Part shown: piece by piece, positions 7,401 to 15,875 of the stretch | How the letters are laid out: each line of letters begins with the position of its first letter | How positions within the stretch are numbered: position 1 is the first letter of the stretch | Assembly (NCBI GenBank): GCA_964419035.1 | Contig: CAYQOF010000001.1 | Span: 1-40,752 of the forward strand | Reading direction: 5' to 3' | Length of the DNA: 40,752 nucleotides | Source: an uncultured Anaerolinea sp. | GTDB taxonomy: Bacteria; Chloroflexota; Anaerolineae; Anaerolineales; Villigracilaceae | Notes under the pieces: generated by a model | What the model was told of the DNA's origin: nothing | Database searches by the model: none | Seen by the model: the letters and a program-made list of their open reading frames with translations, nothing else | Translations under genes and position numbers: made by a program

Positions 7401-10359
7401 AAAGCCGCGCCCTGCCATCGTTCCCGGTTGCGAAGTTGCTGCTGCTCACGGGCGTATACACCGGCGTGTAGGTCGGGAAGCCGGCGCGATCCGTCTCTTT
7501 TTCCCAGCGCACCTGCTTGAACTCTGCTGTGAGTTTGATATTACTTGCCCGATCCCCTGCCCAATCCGCTGTATAGACTTCGAATTGGACTGCCGCGTCC
7601 GCGCGCCCGACCCATTGATCGGGACGCAAGCCGATGTAAAAATCCGCGGGATGAGCACGCAGTTCCGCGCGCGTGCTGATCGGCAAGCCCGATTCATCCT
7701 GCGCGGTCACCTCCAGCGTGACGACCTGTCCCGTTTCGTTCTGGGGGATGGCTGGCAGGTCAATGGACAGGATCCCCTGCGGGGTCGTCCGACCCGTTCC
7801 CTCCCCGATAAGATTTCCAAAGTACCGCGAATCGATCCCCATCGGGAATCTGAACGCGTCCAGCCAGGAATCGTCCAGCAATCCTGTTTGATAATTTGGC
7901 AGGTAAAAATGGTCGGGTTTTGCATAGAGCGCCCATCTTACCTGTACATTCCCCGCTGGCGCGTCGAAGAAATACCGCGCGTTGACATTTGCCTGGAAGG
8001 GGGTTCCCTGCCTGATCCCGTTCGATGGAAAACTCACGCTGAGGTTGATCTCCGGTTTGCGATATTCCGCGACCTGAAAACTGAAATAGAGATCGAGGGC
8101 GCTGTTCTCGAAGATGTAATAACCGAGAGGCGCGCCGACCGGCAGTTTGTACTCGCCGTGGAACGTGCCGTACGGGGTGAGTTGCAGGTTGAGCGCCTGG
8201 AGTTGATTCCCGTTCGCATCGCGCAGAAAGATCGGAATGGTATTGACCGGCGGAAGTTCATAACGTCCGTTGAACGCCTGCCGCGCGATGCCGCGGAAGT
8301 AAACGGTCTGGCCGGGGCGATAGATCGGGCGGTCTGTGTACAGGTAGATTTGGGTATGAGGCGGCTCGACGTTCAGCGAATATCCAAAATCCCACGCTTG
8401 AATGCCCGATCCCCAATTGTTTACCGCCAGCGCGAATTGTTCGTCGCCGGGCAGGCTCAACATCGCGTAGACCGGACCTTCACGTTCGCCGACCGCGCCC
8501 TTCCATAATCCCCGTACATCCGTCGCGCCGGATGCCAGCACGTTGCCCGCCTGATCGTAGATGATGATGGGCGCGTTCGGCAGAGGCGTCTGCGAAGGCA
8601 GGTGGATCGCCCAGACCAGCGCCTCCGTCGCGCCGAGTTTGAAGGTGAGATTGACCTGGCTCGAAGCAACGAAATAAACATTTTTCCAATCGGATCGAAC
8701 TTGCGGCGAGGAGACGCCCGCATAATACAAGCCCGGCGTGAGTTGTGTGTTCTCCGTCGTGAGATTCAATTTCACGTCCTGCCATTGACTCGGAGGCAGA
8801 TTCAGCGTTTGCGAAAATTCAGACGGATTGGTTGGGGCATAAGCCTGCTGGCTTTCATAAGAGGACTGAAGCCGGAAGAAATCCTGCAGCGACAGGGGGG
8901 CGATGGTCACGTTCGCGGTTTGTATGTTCACCGCGTTGGCGAACAACACCGGCTCATCGGGCCTCACGAACATGGTGGAGGAACCGAACGTTTGCACGAA
9001 CAGCGAGGGAGAGAGCGGCGGCGCGCGGAAGTTCAGCACGAACGGCTTTTCGAGTGTCTGCCCCCAGCGATCCTTGATCTGCGCCGCCAGTTCGATGGCG
9101 TAATCCGTTTCGGGGATGAATTCCCCGTTCACGTAAAGGGTCAAATTGTCCGCGTCCACGTTGACGTTGAAGTTACCCAGCGCGGGTTTCACGGTCACAA
9201 GGTCTTCATAGTCGCCCTCTGCAAGCGGTGAACTGAACTTAAAGGTTGTAGACCATAGAGCCGGGTTTGCGCCGGTCACGGCAAAGCGATCATACGTGCG
9301 CAGCACTGCGCCGTAATCGGTTCCGAGCGTCAAACCGCTCTTTGCCCGAGCCGCCGCGTCCACGTTCAGGATGTAGCCGATGTTGCGCGCCAGGTTTCCC
9401 GCCGGTGTGAATGTCAATTCCGTATCGTCATCATTCCACGTGAAAGTTCCGTTCACCGTGCCCGCCGTGCCGCTCAACCTGAAATTTGACTCGACGCTTT
9501 CCGCCTCCATCGGCTGGTTGAAGGTCAGTTCGATCCCGGCATCGAGCGGGATCAGGCCGCCAGCAGACGGACTCAACGAGACGACACGCGGACGCGTCGT
9601 GATGAATGTCCACGCGTTCGCGCCGCCTCCTTCCAAGCCCGAGCCTGTCACCGTTTTCAAAGCCGGGTTCAACCTGACGGTGTATTCCGTTCCCCCCAGC
9701 ATGGACGGTTCGGGATACAGGATGTACGTGCTGGTGTTGATCCATTCGCCGCGTCCCGAGACGGAAGGCTCGACGCTGAAAGCGGCGGGCAGCGCGGACG
9801 AATCCGCTCCCAGCGGGACAACGGGCTGGTTGAACGAGGCGACGATCGCCGCGTCCACATTCACATCCTGCGCGCCGGGTTTGGGCAGCAGGTTCGCTGT
9901 GCGCAAATAATCCGCGACCGTGAAGGAGAGTTGAAGCGCTTCCGGGATCCCAAATCCCGTTGCCGAGCGGATGGAGTTCGCGATCGTGATGGTCAGTTTC
10001 GTGTTGGGTGGATACGGTTGTGTGGGGGCAAAGACGAGTGTGGCTTCATCGTTCCATGTGAACGCGCCCTCCGGTAATCCGCTCAGCGCCGATTCCACCG
10101 AGGCTTTGTTCATTGCCTGGTTGAAATAAAACGTAATGGGCGATTGGTGTCCTATAACAGAATCGAGCGGCGGATCGGTTTCGATGAGAGCGGGAGGGAA
10201 CGCCTGCTGGAGCGCGGTCGGCGCGGGCGCGTGGGTCCCTGCCGGGGTCGGCGTGGAAGCGGTGATTCCCGGAACGGTCGGGATGCCCGAGCATGAAGCG
10301 AGGATCAGGCAGATGAGGATGAACCAGTTCAGGGGTGGAAGGAAGCGGCGCTTCGTCAT
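4477..10359 (-). CDS. Bacterial alpha-2-macroglobulin family lipoprotein with N-terminal Ig-like (Big_5-type) repeats, lacking the thioester motif
   Basis: Lipobox ILASC, three FNQ(A/P)M/V Ig-like repeats, MG2 motif YTDRPIYRPGQTV, Gly-rich bait followed by REDFPDTAFW, TED motif LQNVDGGWGWW, C-terminal Y.VLPAHAWQAFFPEVQG. Confidence 0.92.
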   Translation of the reverse strand: MTKRRFLPPLNWFILICLILASCSGIPTVPGITASTPTPAGTHAPAPTALQQAFPPALIETDPPLDSVIGHQSPITFYFNQAMNKASVESALSGLPEGAFTWNDEATLVFAPTQPYPPNTKLTITIANSIRSATGFGIPEALQLSFTVADYLRTANLLPKPGAQDVNVDAAIVASFNQPVVPLGADSSALPAAFSVEPSVSGRGEWINTSTYILYPEPSMLGGTEYTVRLNPALKTVTGSGLEGGGANAWTFITTRPRVVSLSPSAGGLIPLDAGIELTFNQPMEAESVESNFRLSGTAGTVNGTFTWNDDDTELTFTPAGNLARNIGYILNVDAAARAKSGLTLGTDYGAVLRTYDRFAVTGANPALWSTTFKFSSPLAEGDYEDLVTVKPALGNFNVNVDADNLTLYVNGEFIPETDYAIELAAQIKDRWGQTLEKPFVLNFRAPPLSPSLFVQTFGSSTMFVRPDEPVLFANAVNIQTANVTIAPLSLQDFFRLQSSYESQQAYAPTNPSEFSQTLNLPPSQWQDVKLNLTTENTQLTPGLYYAGVSSPQVRSDWKNVYFVASSQVNLTFKLGATEALVWAIHLPSQTPLPNAPIIIYDQAGNVLASGATDVRGLWKGAVGEREGPVYAMLSLPGDEQFALAVNNWGSGIQAWDFGYSLNVEPPHTQIYLYTDRPIYRPGQTVYFRGIARQAFNGRYELPPVNTIPIFLRDANGNQLQALNLQLTPYGTFHGEYKLPVGAPLGYYIFENSALDLYFSFQVAEYRKPEINLSVSFPSNGIRQGTPFQANVNARYFFDAPAGNVQVRWALYAKPDHFYLPNYQTGLLDDSWLDAFRFPMGIDSRYFGNLIGEGTGRTTPQGILSIDLPAIPQNETGQVVTLEVTAQDESGLPISTRAELRAHPADFYIGLRPDQWVGRADAAVQFEVYTADWAGDRASNIKLTAEFKQVRWEKETDRAGFPTYTPVYTPVSSSNFATGNDGRARLSFIPPNAGTYMLDVSGSGARSQTLIWAGGAESGAWPDLPNQRLELTADRDVYRAGDAARVFIPNPFAVSSVALVTVERGIVAKAEIITLSGSGIEYELPITEDDAPNVYVSVTALGQGNDFRQGLVNLPVSPEAQELNVQVTSNPAEAGPREKVTFDVLVTDNAGQPVAGEFSLSVVDQAVLALAEPNAEDILPAFYKNQPLGIETGLSLAVYGGRNAIEPGGLGGGGGEASAVIREDFPDTAFWNPSLITNSEGHGQVTMTLPDSLTTWQVDVRGLTVDTKVGQAETQIVSTKQLLIRPVTPRFLVSGDHVLMAAIVNNNTPRAVSVSVNLQSDGFILDEPDHATRIFDIPANGRRRVEWWGTAGLVDSADLVFSVVTTRAPSLQDSARPVWGRLPILRYTSPQAFVTGGVLRGEASVQEVISLPRTFAPGSGGLDVELSPSLAGSLLSALEAVEVPDTSLSAEAILSHLLPNIEVQRALKDANQENPQLNARVAANLNAGVSRIFNLQNVDGGWGWWGNSEKSDPYISAYVLFGLQRARLAGAPMNENALSRAVEFLQESQATINANTEIRELEDSAFVQFALSQMFAADQQTVEALYNARERMSPSSIALLTLTLKNINPADSRTSGLISNLQSLAIRTSSSAHWETPRENIFTRGSAIYTTSLVVYALAQLDPANQVVFDAVRYLAAHRSTRGLWNLGHDNAWAILALNEAMIGFGDLRADFAFNAALNGGPLTSGDVAGIQIKPLDAHVPLDLLSPTSPNLLTIQREDGLGRLYYRAVLRLNRPVEEVRPLDAGMRIERAYLDDDCRAERRSERSGAETQTAVEAPRCTPLSSLRLDPNQKITAQLTLVLPHDSYYVMVEDFIPAGMEILNRSLKTSELGKDLTDVQMQFDDRDPFLDGWGWWLFNEPQIRDDSILFTADYLPAGTYVLTYTLIPLQAGEYRVLPAHAWQAFFPEVQGTSAGMVFEIKP
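4911..4971. repeat. REP-like palindromic element (CTTCGAC...CGCTCAG family) inserted in-frame in the macroglobulin gene
   Basis: Outer stem GCGCT/AGCGC and inner stem GGTCTG/CAGACC. It encodes RAERRSERSGAETQTAVEA between two Cys residues. Confidence 0.7.
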
Positions 10360-10413
10360 AAGTCCTCGATGGAGATGGTGTGACTGTGTCATTATACACT
10401 TGACGGAATCAGA

Positions 10414-10440
10414 AAGGACACGGTTCCTCGCCGTGTCCTT
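10414..10440 (-). terminator. Intrinsic terminator-like hairpin after the second dsbA paralog
   Basis: Perfect 10-bp stem AAGGACACGG/CCGTGTCCTT with short T-rich flanks. Confidence 0.6.
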
Positions 10441-10457
10441 CGTTTTTCAGGTTTCGG

Positions 10458-11201
10458 TCATTCGCCCGCGCTCAGCGCCTGCTCGACAGCCTGAAGGATC
10501 TCCTCGTACGATGCCACCCTGCCCGGTTGACCCACGGGAACCTCGTTGACGAAGACGCTCGGCGTTCCGCTGACTCCCAACTGCCTGCCCCTGTCGAAAT
10601 CCGCCTGTATCTCCGCGACGTATTTGTTCTTTCCAAAGCAGTCATTGAAGGCGGTCATGTTCAATCCGATGCTCTCAGCCATCGCCTGCAGGCGGCGGTC
10701 GCTCAGGGAACCCTGGTTGACGCCGGTCCAATTGGCGTAGACGATGGATTTCATTTCCCAGAATTTGCCCTGCTCTTTCGCGCACATGGTTGCGTTGGAT
10801 GCCTGGTCCGATTCGCCGCCGTTCCTTGCGCCATCGCCATCTATGAACGAGTAATGACGAAAGACATAACGCGCTTTTCCTGCGGCGACGATATTCTCCA
10901 GGACGAGTGATTCGACGCTCTGCGAGAAGCGCTGGCAGGCAATACATTGAAAATCCTCGAATACCTCGATGACGACAGTCGCATTCGGGTCGCCCAGACT
11001 CTGTCCGTCCGGGTTGGGCAATGTCATGGGGGCGATGGGGACGATCCCGGTCACCGGTCTCATCTGGGGCGCAACCACGGCGAGGACCACAAGGACGGCT
11101 CCGACCACGATAAGCGCGATCGTGATCAGGCGGCGCTGCCGGCTTTGACGAAGCATCTTTTCGCGCCGCTGCTGGCGTTGACTTGTTTTTTCAGGGCTCA
11201 T
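10458..11201 (-). CDS. DsbA/BdbD-like thiol-disulfide oxidoreductase (Thioredoxin_4), membrane anchored
   Basis: N-terminal TM helix, LGDPNA, FEDFQCIAC, QGKFWEM, cis-Pro motif SGTP. Confidence 0.9.
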   Translation of the reverse strand: MSPEKTSQRQQRREKMLRQSRQRRLITIALIVVGAVLVVLAVVAPQMRPVTGIVPIAPMTLPNPDGQSLGDPNATVVIEVFEDFQCIACQRFSQSVESLVLENIVAAGKARYVFRHYSFIDGDGARNGGESDQASNATMCAKEQGKFWEMKSIVYANWTGVNQGSLSDRRLQAMAESIGLNMTAFNDCFGKNKYVAEIQADFDRGRQLGVSGTPSVFVNEVPVGQPGRVASYEEILQAVEQALSAGE

Positions 11202-11224
11202 TTACAATTTTCCTTTCTGGAGAT

Positions 11225-11255
11225 AAAAAGAACACAGTGAAACTGTGTTCTTTTT
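11225..11255. terminator. Intrinsic (possibly bidirectional) terminator between the dsbA paralogs
   Basis: Perfect inverted repeat AAAAAGAACACAGT-gaa-ACTGTGTTCTTTTT immediately after the stop at 11258. Confidence 0.75.
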
Positions 11256-11257
11256 TA

Positions 11258-12025
11258 TTACTGAAGTCCCATCTCATTCAGGATGGCTTCGAGTTCCACC
11301 TGGAAGGCGCTGAAAGGCACCGCTCCATCGATCCTTTTGGTCTTCGTTTCGCCATTGACCGTGTACGTGATGACGAAGGCAGGCGTGCCGTTCACACCAG
11401 CCGCCAGGCCATCCTCATAATCCTGCTGGACGCGGGCTTCGAATTTTCCGCTGTTGTAGCAACTCCCGAATTCGTCCATGTTCAAGCCGGCTTTTTCGGC
11501 AATGGCTTCGAGGCGGCGGTCGGTGAAGGAACCAACATCCTCCCCGAGGACATTCGCAAACAGATGATCGTACATTTCCCAGAATTTGCCCTGGTCGCCC
11601 GCACAATAGGCAGCCGCGGCGGCGTCCTGCGATTCGGTCCGCGCGCCGCCGATATTGCGGCTGACCCAGTTGCCCATGGAACGATAGACAAAGCGCACCT
11701 TGCCGGTGTCAACGTAATACTGCCTGAGCAAGGGTTCGGTCTGTTCGTGGAACCGCGCACAAAACGGGCACTGAAAATCGGAAAATTCCTCGATCGTGAT
11801 CGGGGCGTTCGGGTCGCCCATGGCGTTATCAATTGGATTGAAGCGTGTGCCCGGGTCAACCCCAACGACCTCCGCAATGGGCTTGAGCGCGGGCCAGATG
11901 AACGCAAAAACCAGCAATGACGCGCCGAGGGTGATCAAGCCGATCATGGTCAGGCGTTTTCGCGTTTCCTGCTGGTAAATCCTTTCACGCCGTTCCTGGC
12001 GTTTGCTCTTCTTTTCGGGACTCAT
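11258..12025 (-). CDS. DsbA/BdbD-like thiol-disulfide oxidoreductase, membrane anchored
   Basis: AAGGAG RBS before ATG 12025, TM helix, MGDPNAP, FSDFQCPFC, QGKFWEM, NGTP. Confidence 0.92.
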   Translation of the reverse strand: MSPEKKSKRQERRERIYQQETRKRLTMIGLITLGASLLVFAFIWPALKPIAEVVGVDPGTRFNPIDNAMGDPNAPITIEEFSDFQCPFCARFHEQTEPLLRQYYVDTGKVRFVYRSMGNWVSRNIGGARTESQDAAAAAYCAGDQGKFWEMYDHLFANVLGEDVGSFTDRRLEAIAEKAGLNMDEFGSCYNSGKFEARVQQDYEDGLAAGVNGTPAFVITYTVNGETKTKRIDGAVPFSAFQVELEAILNEMGLQ

Positions 12026-12214
12026 TAATGGAACTCCTTGTCGCAAATTTTATCGGGCTGAATTTTCCCATGCCCAAATTGTTTTGTCTAGGAAAAGGTT
12101 AGGGGGGTATTAATGACCCGCCCTGCGCAGTGCGCCGCATATCATCCTGCAAATTCAGTTAATCACGGCTTTGGTTCAAACAGCCGATTTCCAACCATCA
12201 TTGCAAGTGGCGCT

Positions 12215-12266
12215 GCGCTTCGTCTCCACTACGTTCCGCTACTCTGCGAGTACGATGTCAGCGCGA
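12215..12266. repeat. REP-like element of the same family as 4911-4971, interrupted by an 18-nt hairpin insert
   Basis: GCGCTTCGTCT...CCGCT[ACTCTGCGAGTACGATGT]CAGCGCGA. Its ends match the macroglobulin copy (GCGCTTCG...CCGCTCAGCGCGA). Confidence 0.55.
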
Positions 12267-12300
12267 GGGGATTTCCAATTTGCCTGACGGGTCGCCCCTG

Positions 12301-13140
12301 CTATACATGATTGTCCAGCCATTCGATCATGAATCCGATCACCTCGTCTTTTTCGGGTTCATTGTGGATCTCGTGATACAAGCCGTCCCATAATTTAAGC
12401 GTAACATCCCTGTTCTTTTCACCGGCAAGCCGCGCAAAGTCCTCGCTCCCGCTGGGATAGGTCAGTTTGTCCGCTTTGCCGTGCATGATGAGCAAGGGAA
12501 GGGGGAACTCCCTTGCGCGCGAGAAGCACAAGTCAATGATGTTCAATGCTGCCTTGCCAAAGCCGAGGCTGGCTTTGTCGTGTACCAATGGATCGTTTAC
12601 GTATTTTTGAACCACCTCGGGATCGCGCGAGAGATCGGCGGGGTTCAATCCGCTGGGGATGATCACGGCGGGCAGAAGGGAACCGAGGATTTTGACCAGC
12701 GCGATCTTTCCCTTCTGCTCCTGCAAGGAGGAACGCAAACCTGCGCCTGTGACCATCACGCCCTTGAGCCCCTCACTGGACTGTATCGCATACGAAAGGG
12801 CGAGCAACCCGCCGAGGCTGTGACCATACAGGAAATGAGGGACATCGGGGTAACGCTCCGCAAGGAACCTGAAAAACTGACGAATATCCTGCATGACCGC
12901 GTCGAGCGAGGGGAAATGTCCGCGCGCGCCGCCCGATTTTCCATGACCGCGCAGGTCGAATCCGACGAACGCGCAGCCGGACTCTGTCATTGCCTTTGCG
13001 ACATGTTCGTAGCGGGCTGTATGTTCGCCGAGTCCGTGCAAGAGGGCGATCAATGCTTTGGGCTTGTGATCCGGTTCCCAGCCTCGAACGTGGAACGTGA
13101 TGCCATCCTTACCCTCCCAATTCGATTCGTATGTTTTCAT
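12301..13140 (-). CDS. Lysophospholipase/monoglyceride lipase (Hydrolase_4, alpha/beta hydrolase)
   Basis: HGLGEH, DLRGHGKS, nucleophile GHSLGG, HG..D and YHEIHNE. Confidence 0.92.
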   Translation of the reverse strand: MKTYESNWEGKDGITFHVRGWEPDHKPKALIALLHGLGEHTARYEHVAKAMTESGCAFVGFDLRGHGKSGGARGHFPSLDAVMQDIRQFFRFLAERYPDVPHFLYGHSLGGLLALSYAIQSSEGLKGVMVTGAGLRSSLQEQKGKIALVKILGSLLPAVIIPSGLNPADLSRDPEVVQKYVNDPLVHDKASLGFGKAALNIIDLCFSRAREFPLPLLIMHGKADKLTYPSGSEDFARLAGEKNRDVTLKLWDGLYHEIHNEPEKDEVIGFMIEWLDNHV

Positions 13141-13143
13141 GGG

Positions 13144-13749
13144 TTATTCTCCGACAATGATCTTGAATTCGCAGGCGTTTTCCCCGGTTGCCTTGCAGGA
13201 TGTTTCCTCCACATCATATCCCTGCCCCGCTGCCCAAAAGAGACTCTCGTGGATCAAGCCCCGAGTCACGAAACAGACCGGGGCGGGGTCGCGTTGGTTC
13301 AAAGTGGAGGGAGAGGCATGGTCCGCGAGGAGCAGGTCGAGGTCCAGGGTGTGAACCGTGATGTCGTCTGAATGTAATCCGAGGAGACGTCCCAGTAACT
13401 CCAGGGTGGATTTGAGGCGCGCGGAGCGGGGCAGTCGCTTGATGACAGCCGCCTGCATCCTGACCCCGAGCGCGGCGTCGTTCAAAAGAAGAGTCCACAT
13501 GTGTCCGCCCACGCGCAGGAGCGTGCCGCGCGCCCCGCGCCCGAAGTAGGCGCGCACCGCGGCTTGTAACGAGGCGTAGGTTGTTGCAGATTCAATTGCA
13601 TCCAGTTTCAGGAACGATTCGGGCTTTGCCCATTCCTCGGGCAATTTGGAGAGGGCAAGGATGGTGTTGAATTGATCCGCGCCCAATTCGAGCGCGGTCG
13701 CCTCCGCAAAACGGCGCAGGATGCGGTTCGAAAACCCAACTCTGCTCAC
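13144..13749 (-). CDS. V4R-domain protein
   Basis: C-terminal PVCF..G...E......G..YDVEETSCKATGENACEF. GTG start overlaps the upstream stop. Confidence 0.85.
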   Translation of the reverse strand: MSRVGFSNRILRRFAEATALELGADQFNTILALSKLPEEWAKPESFLKLDAIESATTYASLQAAVRAYFGRGARGTLLRVGGHMWTLLLNDAALGVRMQAAVIKRLPRSARLKSTLELLGRLLGLHSDDITVHTLDLDLLLADHASPSTLNQRDPAPVCFVTRGLIHESLFWAAGQGYDVEETSCKATGENACEFKIIVGE

Positions 13750-14366
13750 ACGCGCGCCTCGCCGATTTCAAACCGACAGTATTCGTCGCCCTTTGCCATG
13801 CAGTGCGTTTCGGTGACCTCGAATTCCCTGCCCGTCGCCCAGTGCACCGCCTCGGCGATCGAACCTACGTAAAGGTAACAGATGGGCTTGTCGCTCTGGC
13901 GGCTGTGACAGATGGCGCACGTGGATTCGATGTAGGCGATCCTGTCCCCGCTTTCATCCACCCATGCCTTCACTTCCGGGTTGCTCTTCTTCAACGCATC
14001 CGCCATTCCGTTCAGGATGAATTTGATGCGCTGGCGTTCGGGCAGTAACTTGAGCGCCACGCCCGCCACGCCCAGCAAAGCGGATTGTTCGCGCACCCCG
14101 TATTGAAAGGATGCCTTGCCGATGCGCCGCAAAATCCCCCTGCCGCCGCGTCCGTAAAAGGCTTCGATGGCTTCGTTCAGTTTCGCATATTGCGAAGCCT
14201 GAATGGACGGTTCGAGATCGTTCGGCGGAAAGTTGCCGATGAACCTTTCCAAGCCGCTGGCGCGCAGGACGGCGTTCAACCCGTTTTCGCCCATCACCTC
14301 CTGTACGGAGGTCAATGCCTGACGCACAAGCGAATTGATGATCGTGGAATCTTCCCTGGCTGTCAT
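13746..14366 (-). CDS. V4R-domain protein
   Basis: CAIC, PICY..G, EVTETHCMAKGDEYCRFEI; GGAGG RBS before ATG 14366. Confidence 0.88.
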   Translation of the reverse strand: MTAREDSTIINSLVRQALTSVQEVMGENGLNAVLRASGLERFIGNFPPNDLEPSIQASQYAKLNEAIEAFYGRGGRGILRRIGKASFQYGVREQSALLGVAGVALKLLPERQRIKFILNGMADALKKSNPEVKAWVDESGDRIAYIESTCAICHSRQSDKPICYLYVGSIAEAVHWATGREFEVTETHCMAKGDEYCRFEIGEARV

Positions 14367-14383
14367 GCTGCCTCCTTTGCTCC

Positions 14384-15247
14384 TCACAGAAACGCCGGCA
14401 CATCGAAAGTATACACGGGATACCGCTCGCCCGTGCGGACGAACCCCATCCGCTGATACAAATTCAACGAGGCATGGTTGTCGCTTTGCGTATTCACGGT
14501 CAGAGTTGGGATGCCGTAGCGCGCCAGTTTTGCGAACAGGTCGCTCAGCAACGCCCTCCCGACGCCGCGTCCCTGAACGGCTGGGTTTACCGCCAGCCGG
14601 GCAAGATGTGCGCGCGCCCCGCCGCCGGTGGTGATCTGATATCCGGCGATCCCGTGTTCGTATTCCGCCACAGTGGCGGTCAACGCTTGTGAGTATGCCT
14701 CGCGAATGGATACGAGTGTGTTATGCCACAACGGATCGAAGGACGCGTCATCCGTCCTTTCGACATCGGGGAGATCGGATTCCTCCATCTTTCGGATTCG
14801 GACTCCGCTCGCTTCGCGCGCCGCCCAGGGCTGACTGGCGAAGCCGCGCCACTCGAGCATTACAATTTGCTGACGGATTTCGAATCCGCTCGCGGCTAAT
14901 ACATTTCGGAACCACGGCTGCCTGACGATTGCCGCGACCTTTGCCCCACCCGCGCGCCCGATCTCCCCCCGCGCGGCGGACCACAATAAATCCCAGGCGT
15001 TATCCACGGACCAGCCCCCGGCACAGGCAAACAATCGCACCCAGGCAATCCCCGGCGCCTCGGTGGGACAAGCCAGCGCGGCTGTGATCCGCCCGCCTTC
15101 GTCCACTGCCCAGTAAAACGGGGCGCCCAGCCATTCCAATGGCGAGCGCCAGTCAAGGTGACGATGAAGATGCGTCTCGAAGAAGATCAGGTTCGAGAGC
15201 GCCTGATGATCGTTGATATCCGCCGGGCGAACGAGGGTGTTGATCAC
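14384..15247 (-). CDS. GNAT family N-acetyltransferase (tandem GNAT folds, RimI-like C-terminal domain)
   Basis: HLARLAVNPAVQGRGVGRALL acetyl-CoA motif A and N..S..LYQRMGF. Confidence 0.88.
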   Translation of the reverse strand: MINTLVRPADINDHQALSNLIFFETHLHRHLDWRSPLEWLGAPFYWAVDEGGRITAALACPTEAPGIAWVRLFACAGGWSVDNAWDLLWSAARGEIGRAGGAKVAAIVRQPWFRNVLAASGFEIRQQIVMLEWRGFASQPWAAREASGVRIRKMEESDLPDVERTDDASFDPLWHNTLVSIREAYSQALTATVAEYEHGIAGYQITTGGGARAHLARLAVNPAVQGRGVGRALLSDLFAKLARYGIPTLTVNTQSDNHASLNLYQRMGFVRTGERYPVYTFDVPAFL

Positions 15248-15264
15248 GGTCTGCCTTACGAAAT

Positions 15265-15331
15265 GTCATTGCGACCTTCGGGAAGCAATCTCCGGTTCAC
15301 GACGCGATTGCCTCACAAAGGTCGCAATAAC
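15265..15331. repeat. Intergenic palindromic element of the GTCATTGCGA...GCAATC...GATTGC...TCGCAAT type
   Basis: 14-bp outer stem GTCATTGCGACCTT/AAGGTCGCAATAAC with 1 mismatch, and inner stem GCAATC/GATTGC. Confidence 0.8.
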
Positions 15332-15336
15332 GAAAT

Positions 15337-15867
15337 CTATCTGATCCACCCGAGGCGCATCAGGAATTTCATAAAGCGCTGGGCAAGAGTGGGCTTTTCG
15401 ACCAGCCGCAGGGAATCGTACACGTCCATTTGCGAATCGAGCAGGCTTCCGCGTTTGAGGTTCAAATTTGCCGTTGCCTGACGCACCGTGGAGTGCAGGT
15501 CGCCTTCGCCAGCCTGCTCCAGCAGCGAGGCGGCGCGCTCATATTCCGCCAGCGCATCGTTCCATTTATTGAGCCCTTCCAGCGCGGCGGCGCGATTGCC
15601 AACTGCAATGCCCTGCCGCTTCAGGTCGCCTGCCTCTTGAAAGATTTCCTCGGTTCCATCGGTCGCCTCGAATGCCTCCCTCGCTTTTCCCGCCTGTAAT
15701 AAAGCCACGCTCTGGTTGTTCCTCATCTCTGCCGCGTTCAGTTCGTCCCTGGCATTCGAATAAGACTCCGCGGCTTGCGAAAACCGTCTCGCCGCGGCAA
15801 TGAAATTTCCCTTTTCATATTCCTGCCTGCCCTGTTCGGCAAGCGCAACAGGATTGGAATCGTCCAC
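15337..15867 (-). CDS. TPR-like helical-repeat protein
   Basis: Repeats such as G..EY..GNF..A...F..A, N......L..G...EA and GN.A..LE.LN....A...Y..A. GTG at 15867 chosen as start because the longer ORF overlaps the XRE gene. Confidence 0.8.
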   Translation of the reverse strand: MDDSNPVALAEQGRQEYEKGNFIAAARRFSQAAESYSNARDELNAAEMRNNQSVALLQAGKAREAFEATDGTEEIFQEAGDLKRQGIAVGNRAAALEGLNKWNDALAEYERAASLLEQAGEGDLHSTVRQATANLNLKRGSLLDSQMDVYDSLRLVEKPTLAQRFMKFLMRLGWIR

Positions 15868-15875
15868 GCATGCCC

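Noticed and set aside
9431..9446. parS-like sequence CATTCCACGTGAAAGT
   Set aside because: Only the central 12 nt fit TGTTNCACGTGAAACA and the outer bases mismatch. It lies within coding sequence and is likely chance.
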